Shown here: in pieces, positions 1 to 8,022 of the stretch
How positions within the stretch are numbered: the stretch's first letter is position 1
How the letters are laid out: every line of letters starts with the position of its first letter
From: Candidatus Delongbacteria bacterium
GTDB lineage: Bacteria > UBA4055
Reading direction: 5' to 3'
NCBI GenBank assembly: GCA_016937995.1
Contig: JAFGVM010000064.1
Coordinates: 27,636 to 91,635, forward strand
Length of the DNA: 64,000 bases
The notes under the pieces: generated by a model
Database searches by the model: none
Told to the model about the DNA's origin: nothing
Seen by the model: the letters and a program-made list of their open reading frames with translations, nothing else
Position numbers and translations under genes: made by a program

Positions 1-1473
1 AATGACAGTTTTGAGGATCATATTCAGGATACTTTGAATGCAGGTGATGAACTGTGTAATCTTAAAGCTGTTGAGATGATAGTAAGAGAGGGACCGAAGG
101 TCATTGATGATCTGCTTGATCTGGGAGCGAAGTTCTCAAAAGAAACAAGCAAAGGTTTCTACTCTCTTCACAAAGAGGGAGGGCACTCTAAAAGCAGAGT
201 ATTCCATTTTAAAGATACTACAGGAAAGGAATTGATAAGAGCACTGACTAAAAGTGTTAAATCCAATCCTAATATCGAGATAATGGAAAATGCAATAAGT
301 ATTGACCTTTTGACTGAACACCAGAAGACAGCTTCATCGGAAGAATCAAAAGGGATAACTTGTTACGGAGCATATGTTCTGGATATAAAGACCGATAAAG
401 TATTAAAGATATTATCAAGATCAACTATTCTGGCAACAGGTGGTTCAGGTCAGGTCTATCAGCACACATCAAATCCTTTACCCGCTACCGGTGACGGTAT
501 CGGAATGGCATACAGAGCCGGTGCGACAATCTCAAATCTTGAATTTTTTCAATTCCATCCCACAACTTTATATACAGGCAAAAGTGAAGAAAGTTCTTTC
601 TTGATTAGTGAGGCAGTGAGGGGTTTTGGAGGAATATTAAAAACAGCTTCAAAGAAAAAATTCATGCACAAATACCATGAGCTGGGGTCACTAGCTCCAA
701 GAGATGTTGTTGCAAGGGGGATCGATGCTGAAATGAAAAAAAGCGGAGATTCTTGTGTTTATATAGATATAACAAATTTCCCGGCAAAGAAAGTCATCAG
801 TTCATTTCCTAATATATACAGCAAGTGCCTTGAGAACGGGATCGATATTACAAAAGAAATGATTCCTGTAGTACCTGCTGCCCATTATCAATGTGGTGGT
901 ATTGAGGCAGATATTAACGGAAAAACAGATATAAGAGGTCTATTTGCTATCGGTGAAGTAGCACAAAATGGAGTTCACGGTGCAAACAGATTAGCATCAA
1001 ACTCTCTTCTTGAAGCACTTGTTTTTGCAAAAAGGTCAGCAAAGAGTTCCGAGCATTATATCAAGAAAACAACTTTGGATTTTACTGGTATTGAGGATTG
1101 GCATTCGGATGCATCTGTTGACAATGAGGAAAAGATCATTATTTCATTCTTGAAGAATAACATCAAGAGTCTTACAAGTAAATTCGTCGGGATCGTAAGA
1201 AGTAAGGCACGTTTGGAAATAGCTACAAAAATGATCGATCTATTGTTGTGGCAGGTTAGGGATTATTACAGGAATACAAAGATAACTAAAGAAACTATTG
1301 AATTACGTAATCTTGCAGATGTTGCAAGTTTACTTGTGCGGTTCGCAAATTTCAGGAAAGAATCCAGGGGTTTGCATTATAACATAGATTATCCTGATAA
1401 AGATAACGTGAACTGGCAGAAAAATACAAGGATACGCAGTTCAGGCAGAACAAGTAAAAAAGATGTGAACTAA
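1..1473 (+). CDS. nadB: L-aspartate oxidase, 5'-partial (reading frame open from base 1; track ORF begins at an internal TTG at 34)
   Basis: Translation from base 1 gives NDSFEDHIQDTL..., the FAD-binding fumarate reductase/succinate dehydrogenase flavoprotein fold, an HYQCGGI active-site motif and a C-terminal domain typical of NadB. No start codon lies in the window, so the gene continues upstream. Confidence 0.8.
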   Translation, partial: NDSFEDHIQDTLNAGDELCNLKAVEMIVREGPKVIDDLLDLGAKFSKETSKGFYSLHKEGGHSKSRVFHFKDTTGKELIRALTKSVKSNPNIEIMENAISIDLLTEHQKTASSEESKGITCYGAYVLDIKTDKVLKILSRSTILATGGSGQVYQHTSNPLPATGDGIGMAYRAGATISNLEFFQFHPTTLYTGKSEESSFLISEAVRGFGGILKTASKKKFMHKYHELGSLAPRDVVARGIDAEMKKSGDSCVYIDITNFPAKKVISSFPNIYSKCLENGIDITKEMIPVVPAAHYQCGGIEADINGKTDIRGLFAIGEVAQNGVHGANRLASNSLLEALVFAKRSAKSSEHYIKKTTLDFTGIEDWHSDASVDNEEKIIISFLKNNIKSLTSKFVGIVRSKARLEIATKMIDLLLWQVRDYYRNTKITKETIELRNLADVASLLVRFANFRKESRGLHYNIDYPDKDNVNWQKNTRIRSSGRTSKKDVN

Positions 1474-1484
1474 ATTTTGGGAAG

Positions 1485-2738
1485 ATGTTGAAGAAGTTTT
1501 TGATAATAGTATTATTTTTAACTATCATTGCAAAAGCAGATGATATTTTGATCCCCATGGACTGGGGCCAGAAAGATCATTTAAAAGCTTATGGATTAGC
1601 TTATTGGGCTATTGAAAATGGAGCAAAAGTTGACTGGTTACTAAATTACCGTGGCGGATCTTTCAAAATAGAAGGATATGAGAACGTTATTAATGAGGCA
1701 GTTGTAAGGGGAGTTAGTTACGAATTAATATCTCAAAGTGATTTTGCTGTGATAGCCGGTGAAATACTGGAATCAAATATGGATATTGTCAAACTTGAAA
1801 AAGCTCCCAAGGTCGCAGTCTATACACCTGAAGGGAAATTTCCATGGGATGATGCTGTTACTTTAGCTCTAACTTATGCAGAGATCCCTTATGAGACTCT
1901 GTGGGATAAAGAAGTTCTCAGGGGAGATCTTACAAAGTATGACTGGCTCCACCTTCACCATGAGGATTTTACCGGTCAGTATGGAAAATTTTTCTCAGCT
2001 CACGGCAATGATGAATGGTACAGAGATCAGGTTAGAAGATTTGAAGAACTTGCTCAGCAGCTCGGTTTTTCTAAAGTTTCGAAAGAGAAACTTGCAGTTG
2101 TGATCAAGATAAAACAGTTTGTTATTCAGGGTGGATTTTTATTTGCAATGTGCAGTGCTACCGATACTTATGATATTGCTTTGGCAGCATACAATACGGA
2201 TATCTGCGAAACTGTTTTTGACGGTGATCCTGCTGATCCAAACTGTCAAAGCAAACTGGATTTCTCTCAATGCCTTGCTTTTAAAGATTTTCATCTTGAA
2301 TTGAATCCGTATGTATATGAACATTCTGATATTGATATGTCAAAGGAAATGAGTATGAGCGTTCCGGAAAATATTGATTATTTCACTCTATTTGATTTCT
2401 CCGCAAAATTCGATCCGATAGCTTCTATTTTAACTCAGAATCATACCAGGATATTAAAAGGTTTCATGGGACAGACCACTGCTTTCAGAAGAAACTTGAT
2501 CAAAAAGAATGTTGTCGTTTTAGGAGATGTTAAGAATACTGAGATCGTTAAATATATTTATGCGCCACTTGGACAGGGATTTTTTACTTTCTACGGAGGG
2601 CATGATCCAGAGGATCACAAGCATTATATTATGGATCCTCCTACAGAGCTTGAACTTTATAAGAATTCACCGGGTTACAGGTTGATCTTGAATAATATTT
2701 TATTTCCAGCTACGAATAAGAAGAAGAGAAAAACGTAG
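1485..2738 (+). CDS. hypothetical secreted protein (N-terminal signal peptide); function unknown
   Basis: 417-aa ORF with a hydrophobic N-terminus (MLKKFLIIVLFLTIIAKA) and a GGGAAG Shine-Dalgarno before the ATG. It is tightly spaced after nadB. A possible Cys in an FAMCSAT elbow is noted but gives no secure family assignment. Confidence 0.4.
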   Translation: MLKKFLIIVLFLTIIAKADDILIPMDWGQKDHLKAYGLAYWAIENGAKVDWLLNYRGGSFKIEGYENVINEAVVRGVSYELISQSDFAVIAGEILESNMDIVKLEKAPKVAVYTPEGKFPWDDAVTLALTYAEIPYETLWDKEVLRGDLTKYDWLHLHHEDFTGQYGKFFSAHGNDEWYRDQVRRFEELAQQLGFSKVSKEKLAVVIKIKQFVIQGGFLFAMCSATDTYDIALAAYNTDICETVFDGDPADPNCQSKLDFSQCLAFKDFHLELNPYVYEHSDIDMSKEMSMSVPENIDYFTLFDFSAKFDPIASILTQNHTRILKGFMGQTTAFRRNLIKKNVVVLGDVKNTEIVKYIYAPLGQGFFTFYGGHDPEDHKHYIMDPPTELELYKNSPGYRLILNNILFPATNKKKRKT

Positions 2739-2793
2739 AGGGTTATGGGTCTTGGGTTTTGAGTGATCATGATTAGTTTTTTAAGAGGAATGT

Positions 2794-4242
2794 ATGTTCT
2801 TTAATTCAATAGATTTTGCCATATTTTTACCAATAGTATTTATTTTCTACTGGTTCGTGTTTCAAAAAAATCTGAAAGCTCAGAATTTCTTTATTTTAAC
2901 AGCAAGCTATATATTCTACGGCTGGTGGGACTGGCGTTTTCTTTCTCTGATATTTTTCAGTTCAATAGTTGATTATATAGTTGGTCTTAAGCTGGCAAAG
3001 ACGGATAAAACCGGTCATAGAAAATTTCTATTACTTACGAGTATCACGGTGAATCTCGGGTTTCTCGGATTTTTCAAGTATTACAATTTCTTTGCTGAAA
3101 GTTTTGCAGATGCGTTCACTTTATTCGGTACATCAATTGAACCTTCCAGATTAAATATAATCCTGCCTGTTGGTATAAGTTTTTACACATTTCAGACTTT
3201 AAGTTACTCGATAGATGTCTATAAAAGGAAACTTGAGCCTACCAAGGATATCATAGCATTTTTCAGCTTTGTCAGTTTCTTCCCGCAACTCGTTGCCGGT
3301 CCTATTGAAAGAGCGACTCATCTTTTACCTCAGTTCTATGTAAAACGAAAGTTTGACTACGATAAAGCTATAAACGGTTCAAGACAGATACTCTGGGGTC
3401 TTTTTAAGAAGATCGTTATTGCAGATAATTGTGCAAAATATGCAAACCTGATGTTCAATGATCCTGCAGATAAACCCGGCAGTGCACTGGTACTAGGAGC
3501 TGTATTCTTTGCTTTCCAGATCTACGGGGATTTCTCAGGTTATTCAGATATTGCGATCGGAACTTCGCGATTGTTCGGTTTCGACCTGATGAAGAACTTC
3601 TCATATCCGTATTTCTCGAGAGATATTGCTGAATTCTGGAGAAGATGGCATATTTCACTATCAACATGGTTCAGAGATTACCTGTACATTCCTCTCGGAG
3701 GAAGTAAGGGATCCACTTCGAATAAAGTCAGGAATACATTTATTATTTTCATAGTCAGTGGTTTCTGGCATGGAGCGAACTGGACTTTCATTGCATGGGG
3801 AACTTTGAACGCTATATATTTTCTTCCTCTGCTGTTATCCAACCGTAACAGAAGGAATATCGGAACAGTAGCAGAGAATACCATATTTCCTTCACTCAGA
3901 GAAACTTTAAGTATCTTATCAACTTTTGCATTAACGACTTTTGCATGGATATTTTTCAGAGCTGAGAGCATGAAACATGCTTTTGAGTATATTGCAGGGA
4001 TATTCTCAATATCTTTATTTGCGAACCCGGATCTGCCAGCCAAAGCTTATCAAAGCATAAGACTGATAATTCTGTTTATTATCATTGAGTGGATAGGGAG
4101 GAAGCAGGAGTTCGCTATAGAGGAGCTAAAGCTTTACAATTATAAAGTTCCAAAATGGATATTTTACTATGCTATAGTAATGGTGATCTACATCTGGGGA
4201 AATTATTCCGAGACAATAGAATTTATTTATTTCCAGTTCTGA
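2794..4242 (+). CDS. MBOAT-family membrane-bound O-acyltransferase (AlgI/DltB/PatA-like)
   Basis: A multi-pass membrane protein carrying the diagnostic MBOAT block WRRWHISLSTWFRDYLYIPLGGS, including the conserved His. Its length of 482 aa is typical for AlgI/DltB. Confidence 0.85.
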   Translation: MFFNSIDFAIFLPIVFIFYWFVFQKNLKAQNFFILTASYIFYGWWDWRFLSLIFFSSIVDYIVGLKLAKTDKTGHRKFLLLTSITVNLGFLGFFKYYNFFAESFADAFTLFGTSIEPSRLNIILPVGISFYTFQTLSYSIDVYKRKLEPTKDIIAFFSFVSFFPQLVAGPIERATHLLPQFYVKRKFDYDKAINGSRQILWGLFKKIVIADNCAKYANLMFNDPADKPGSALVLGAVFFAFQIYGDFSGYSDIAIGTSRLFGFDLMKNFSYPYFSRDIAEFWRRWHISLSTWFRDYLYIPLGGSKGSTSNKVRNTFIIFIVSGFWHGANWTFIAWGTLNAIYFLPLLLSNRNRRNIGTVAENTIFPSLRETLSILSTFALTTFAWIFFRAESMKHAFEYIAGIFSISLFANPDLPAKAYQSIRLIILFIIIEWIGRKQEFAIEELKLYNYKVPKWIFYYAIVMVIYIWGNYSETIEFIYFQF

Positions 4243-4243
4243 T

Positions 4244-5122
4244 ATGAAAAAATATTTTTTCAAAATAATTATATTTACTCTCGGGGTGATCCTGATCAAC
4301 ACAGTGATATATTTCATTACTGACCGATATTATTTTAAACCCTATGAGAACATTGAAAAGATAAATTCAAACGATACAGTGTTTATACTGGCAGATTCTC
4401 ACGGTGGTCCTCTGAAGCAGAATTTAAGAGAGTTCGGAGTTTACAATTTTTCTATTGGATCTGATTCCTATTTTGATATCTACAGGAAGATAGTATACCT
4501 GAAAAAACATTCTAATATTAAGAAAGTCATTATTACAGCTGATGATCATACTCTGTCAATTTACAGAGAAAGACTGAATAACAAAGACAGGTCAGTTCAT
4601 TTCTTAGAAATAAGCGACAGTGATATTTTACTGGAGGGCCGATTTTCCATTTTCAAGGAAAAGTATTTCAAGAGATATGTTCCGTTGTTCAATCCAAAAA
4701 CGACAGCTATAGTTGGAAGATATTTCAGATCATTGTTCAAAAAGAAGAAGAATACAGTTCTGGACTGGGATACGAATGATAATAAGAAGAAAGAATCTGT
4801 AAAGAGAGCAAAAAGCCAGTTCAGAGGTACAGAGTCATCAACGGAACTCACAGAATGCATTAGAAAAACAGTAGAGCTGTGCAAGTCTTATGATATTGAG
4901 ATAGTTACGATAAAATTCCCTTTAGCTAAGGATTATTTAAGTGAGATCAAAGGTAGAAATTTTGGGGCTGATGAACAATTCAGGGAACTTGGTATTAAGA
5001 CTTACGATTTTACTGAGCTTTACATTAATCATGATGAATATTTTGCAAATCAGGATCATTTGAATGATCTTGGAGGAGAATTATTTGCAAAAGAACTTTT
5101 AAAGATAGTGGAAGCTGACTGA
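4244..5122 (+). CDS. membrane-anchored SGNH-like protein, AlgJ/AlgX/DltD-type partner of MBOAT acyltransferase (copy 1)
   Basis: Starts 2 nt after the MBOAT stop. It has an N-terminal transmembrane helix, an ILADSHGG (GDS-like block I) motif and a C-terminal DHLND (DxxH block V) motif. Confidence 0.5.
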   Translation: MKKYFFKIIIFTLGVILINTVIYFITDRYYFKPYENIEKINSNDTVFILADSHGGPLKQNLREFGVYNFSIGSDSYFDIYRKIVYLKKHSNIKKVIITADDHTLSIYRERLNNKDRSVHFLEISDSDILLEGRFSIFKEKYFKRYVPLFNPKTTAIVGRYFRSLFKKKKNTVLDWDTNDNKKKESVKRAKSQFRGTESSTELTECIRKTVELCKSYDIEIVTIKFPLAKDYLSEIKGRNFGADEQFRELGIKTYDFTELYINHDEYFANQDHLNDLGGELFAKELLKIVEAD

Positions 5123-6027
5123 TGAAAAATTATCTGACTAAAATATCTTTCTTTGTTCTACCGATACTTTTAACGTTGGTCTTCCTGGAATTTTATATTC
5201 GAAGTAAACCCAATGATTACTCATATAAGAATAAATATCTGACCGAGAATGCTAAAGATATCGAAACTCTGATAATTGGAAGTTCGCATAGTTTTTACGG
5301 TATCGATCCTCAGTATTTTTCAATGAATACTTTTAATGCTGCACATGTAGCTCAATCTCTTAAATGGGATTATTTTATCTTCGACAACTTCAAAGACAGG
5401 ATGACGAATTTAAAATTTCTTATTATTCCCATATCGTATTTTTCTCTGTTCTATGATCTTGAAGGGGGAGATGCTGACTGGAGGATCAAGGATTATAAGA
5501 TATACTATGATGCTGATGGACCCTCATGGAAGTATAATTTTGAGATACTGAACAGAAAGATCGTTCCTTTAGTGATACATGCATACAAACTTTTCTCCGG
5601 AGAAGATCATGGGATAAATTGTACTGATCTTGGTTTCGGGAAAAGGACAGCTTTGGTTGATATAGATATGGATACCTCTGGTAAGACAGCAGCTGAAATA
5701 CATACTGTCGAGAATTTTGATGATTATGATAGTAATATTGAGATATTGGAGAAGTTTATCATTGATTGTAGATCTATGGATGTGAAAGTATTGTTAATAT
5801 CTTTGCCTTCATGGGAGACTTACAGAAAGCATTTGAAAGCTGATCAGTTGAAGAAGACGGTTGATGCTTGTCTGGATCTGAGTGGAAAGTATGATAATGT
5901 TGTATATTATTCTTTTTTTAATGACAGAAGATTTGTTCTGGAAGATTTTGCAAATGCCGATCATCTGAATGATAAAGGAGCTGAAAAAATTTCGCGTCTG
6001 TTAGATGCCCTGATCGTTGCACCGTAG
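5122..6027 (+). CDS. membrane-anchored SGNH-like protein, AlgJ/DltD-type (copy 2, paralog of the previous gene)
   Basis: Overlaps the previous stop by 1 nt. It has an N-terminal transmembrane helix, an IIGSSHSFYG block and a C-terminal ADHLNDKG block matching copy 1. Confidence 0.5.
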   Translation: MKNYLTKISFFVLPILLTLVFLEFYIRSKPNDYSYKNKYLTENAKDIETLIIGSSHSFYGIDPQYFSMNTFNAAHVAQSLKWDYFIFDNFKDRMTNLKFLIIPISYFSLFYDLEGGDADWRIKDYKIYYDADGPSWKYNFEILNRKIVPLVIHAYKLFSGEDHGINCTDLGFGKRTALVDIDMDTSGKTAAEIHTVENFDDYDSNIEILEKFIIDCRSMDVKVLLISLPSWETYRKHLKADQLKKTVDACLDLSGKYDNVVYYSFFNDRRFVLEDFANADHLNDKGAEKISRLLDALIVAP

Positions 6028-6185
6028 GGTGGTAATTTATTATGCCCTTTTTCATTTATTATCTAGTTATTGTTACATCAGCAGTGTTTTGTTCGACAAC
6101 AATATAATAATTTATCAATTGCTGACCGTTCACTTAATCTATATTACGATAAATCCCTCCTCTAATTTCAAATTTCAAAAAATTC

Positions 6186-6221
6186 TTGACAATGTAAAAT
6201 AATAGTAGTAAATTGCTACTA
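6186..6221 (+). promoter_or_regulatory. sigma70-like promoter (TTGACA-17 bp-TAAATT) overlapped by inverted repeat TAGTAG-N7-CTACTA, upstream of the TrmB-like regulator gene
   Basis: TTGACA lies at about 6186-6191, with 17-bp spacing to TAAATT at about 6209-6214. The dyad TAGTAGtaaattgCTACTA at 6203-6221 overlaps the -10, and the ATG is at 6241. Confidence 0.35.
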
Positions 6222-6240
6222 ATAAAATTGTGGAGTCCTC

Positions 6241-7092
6241 ATGACAAATGTAAATGCTTTGAAAAATATGCTGAATGATATTGGGCTTAACGATCTTGAG
6301 ACAACTATATATATATGGTTGCTCGAGCACAGGAAAAGTACAGGTTATAAGATAGCAAGTCAGATAAATAAACCTGTTGCAAATACATATAAAGCTCTTG
6401 GAAGTCTTGAAATTAAAGGAGCAGTTATAAGTGACAAGTCATCAGGAAAAGCGTATTTCGATACAGTGCCTATAGAACAATTTTTGAATAAGATGGAAAA
6501 TGAATTTGCCAATACTCGAAAGAATATTATTGATGAAGTTAAAAAGCTTGATGTTGAGCAGGAATCAGGTGGTATTTATGAATTGAAATCAGTAGAAATG
6601 GTTTATGGAAAAGCTTTCAGTATGATCAAATCAGCAGAAAAATTATTACTAATAGATTGCTTTCCTATTCCTATGCAAAAGATAAAAGGTCATATTAAAA
6701 AAGCAGGTAAAAGAAAGATCGATGTTTATTTGAAGAATTATTGTGCAGAGAAGATCGATAATATCAATCAGATCATGTCAAAGAATACTGAGATACCAAT
6801 TGAAAGTATTTCCGGTCAATGGATGATGGTCCTGAAGGATACTGAAGAATCACTTATTGCTATGTTCAATCAGGACGGGACAGAGCTTAAGCATTGTATC
6901 TGGACTACAAACAAATTTCTTTCATTCGTTCTGTTCAACGGTTCTATCTATGAATTTAATTATACTCAGATCCATAAAAAGTTATTTGATGATCAGGGCA
7001 ACAAGATAGATAGGATAAAGGAAGTTGTTGCAGGTCAGCAGAATATTTTAAAATTACTTCAAACTATAGAAAAAGATGTTCATAAAAAGTAA
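6241..7092 (+). CDS. TrmB-family transcriptional regulator (sugar-responsive type)
   Basis: The N-terminal winged-HTH (LETTIYIWLLEHRKSTGYKIASQINKPVANTYKALGSLEIKGAV) is characteristic of the TrmB family. The C-terminal roughly 180 aa are consistent with a TrmB effector domain. Confidence 0.6.
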   Translation: MTNVNALKNMLNDIGLNDLETTIYIWLLEHRKSTGYKIASQINKPVANTYKALGSLEIKGAVISDKSSGKAYFDTVPIEQFLNKMENEFANTRKNIIDEVKKLDVEQESGGIYELKSVEMVYGKAFSMIKSAEKLLLIDCFPIPMQKIKGHIKKAGKRKIDVYLKNYCAEKIDNINQIMSKNTEIPIESISGQWMMVLKDTEESLIAMFNQDGTELKHCIWTTNKFLSFVLFNGSIYEFNYTQIHKKLFDDQGNKIDRIKEVVAGQQNILKLLQTIEKDVHKK

Positions 7093-7110
7093 ATAAAAGG
7101 AGAGATTGTC

Positions 7111-7353
7111 ATGGAAAAAACTATTGCAAGTCTTATCATTGGTAGTGCAATGATCTGGGGTGCAACTATTTTAGCTGTTTCATTTAAGTTGAAAGGGATG
7201 GAAATAAAACCTGATGTTATTCAGGTTATAGGTCTAGCAGCAGGTATGCACCTTATTCTTATCTGGGGACCAGCTGGTGCAATGATCAGAAAGATGAAGC
7301 TCAAAGAGCTAAAAAAAGATAAAGAAAAGGAGGGAAATGATGAAGGATATTAA
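7111..7353 (+). CDS. small membrane protein (2 TM), hypothetical
   Basis: AAAGGAG Shine-Dalgarno 7 nt before the ATG, two hydrophobic helices and a charged C-terminus. Confidence 0.4.
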   Translation: MEKTIASLIIGSAMIWGATILAVSFKLKGMEIKPDVIQVIGLAAGMHLILIWGPAGAMIRKMKLKELKKDKEKEGNDEGY

Positions 7354-7630
7354 GAGGAATATCATTTTTATACTAGCACTGTCAACTTTCATTTTTATAG
7401 GTTGCGGAAGCAAGGAAACTGGAGCAAAACTGAATTATGAGATCAAAGATGTAAATGGTGTAAAAGTTTATGCGAACAGTAAAGAACCTTCGGTTAACAA
7501 GATCGAAGTTAATTATGTTGAATCTTTCACCATTGCAGGTGATAGTGAGGATGAAGAGAAGAAATTTCAAATCAGGCAACCTATTGTTGATATTGATGAT
7601 AAAGGTAATGTCTATACTAAAGTAATTTAA
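7337..7630 (+). CDS. small lipoprotein, hypothetical
   Basis: Signal peptide with lipobox (FIFIGC-GSK). Overlaps the previous ORF by 17 nt and is followed by an intrinsic terminator. Confidence 0.4.
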   Translation: MMKDIKRNIIFILALSTFIFIGCGSKETGAKLNYEIKDVNGVKVYANSKEPSVNKIEVNYVESFTIAGDSEDEEKKFQIRQPIVDIDDKGNVYTKVI

Positions 7631-7742
7631 ATAACTACAAATGTCAATCATATAATAGGTTTCATAACTTTTCCTTGATGATCCCGATTTATCGGAGTTT
7701 TAGGCAAGCAAAAGAAATCTAAAAACAAAAACACTATAAAAG

Positions 7743-7779
7743 AGGGGACGGTAAGAAACCGTCCCCTACAATTTTTTTT
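7743..7779 (+). terminator. rho-independent terminator (AGGGGACGG-loop-CCGTCCCCT followed by T8)
   Basis: A perfect 9-bp GC-rich stem, 7-nt loop and T-run, lying downstream of the 7337..7630 ORF. Confidence 0.6.
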
Positions 7780-7984
7780 CAATATGTGGAATGATTTCTT
7801 ATTTTTAACACATGGTATTTTCTTGAAACAAATAATCTTAAAACCTCATAGTGAAAGTGCATTTCCTTTCACTCTCCATATCATTCAAAATTTCGAAAAG
7901 TCATTCCTCAAAGATCCGGAAAACTTTTTAAAAGATTATGAGAGATATTATTTTTTATTTTGAAAATAGCATTTATTGCGTTAT

Positions 7985-8001
7985 TTTGTGATTTACACAA
8001 A
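7985..8001. promoter_or_regulatory. inverted repeat TTTGTG-ATTTA-CACAAA about 22 bp upstream of the cyclase-STAND gene start
   Basis: Perfect 6-bp arms with a 5-nt spacer in the 5' region of the 8023 gene. This is a candidate operator or CRP/FNR-like half-site pair. Confidence 0.3.
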
Positions 8002-8022
8002 TAAATATTTCGGGATAAAAAA

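Noticed and set aside
136-4317. Numerous 60-120 aa antisense or out-of-frame ORFs inside nadB, the 1485 gene and the MBOAT gene (136..321, 1876..2103, 2119..2304, 3455..3667, 3678..4043 and others), plus similar ones in other long genes
   Set aside because: They are fully nested within well-supported longer genes, lack Shine-Dalgarno sequences and have biased composition typical of AT-rich shadow ORFs.
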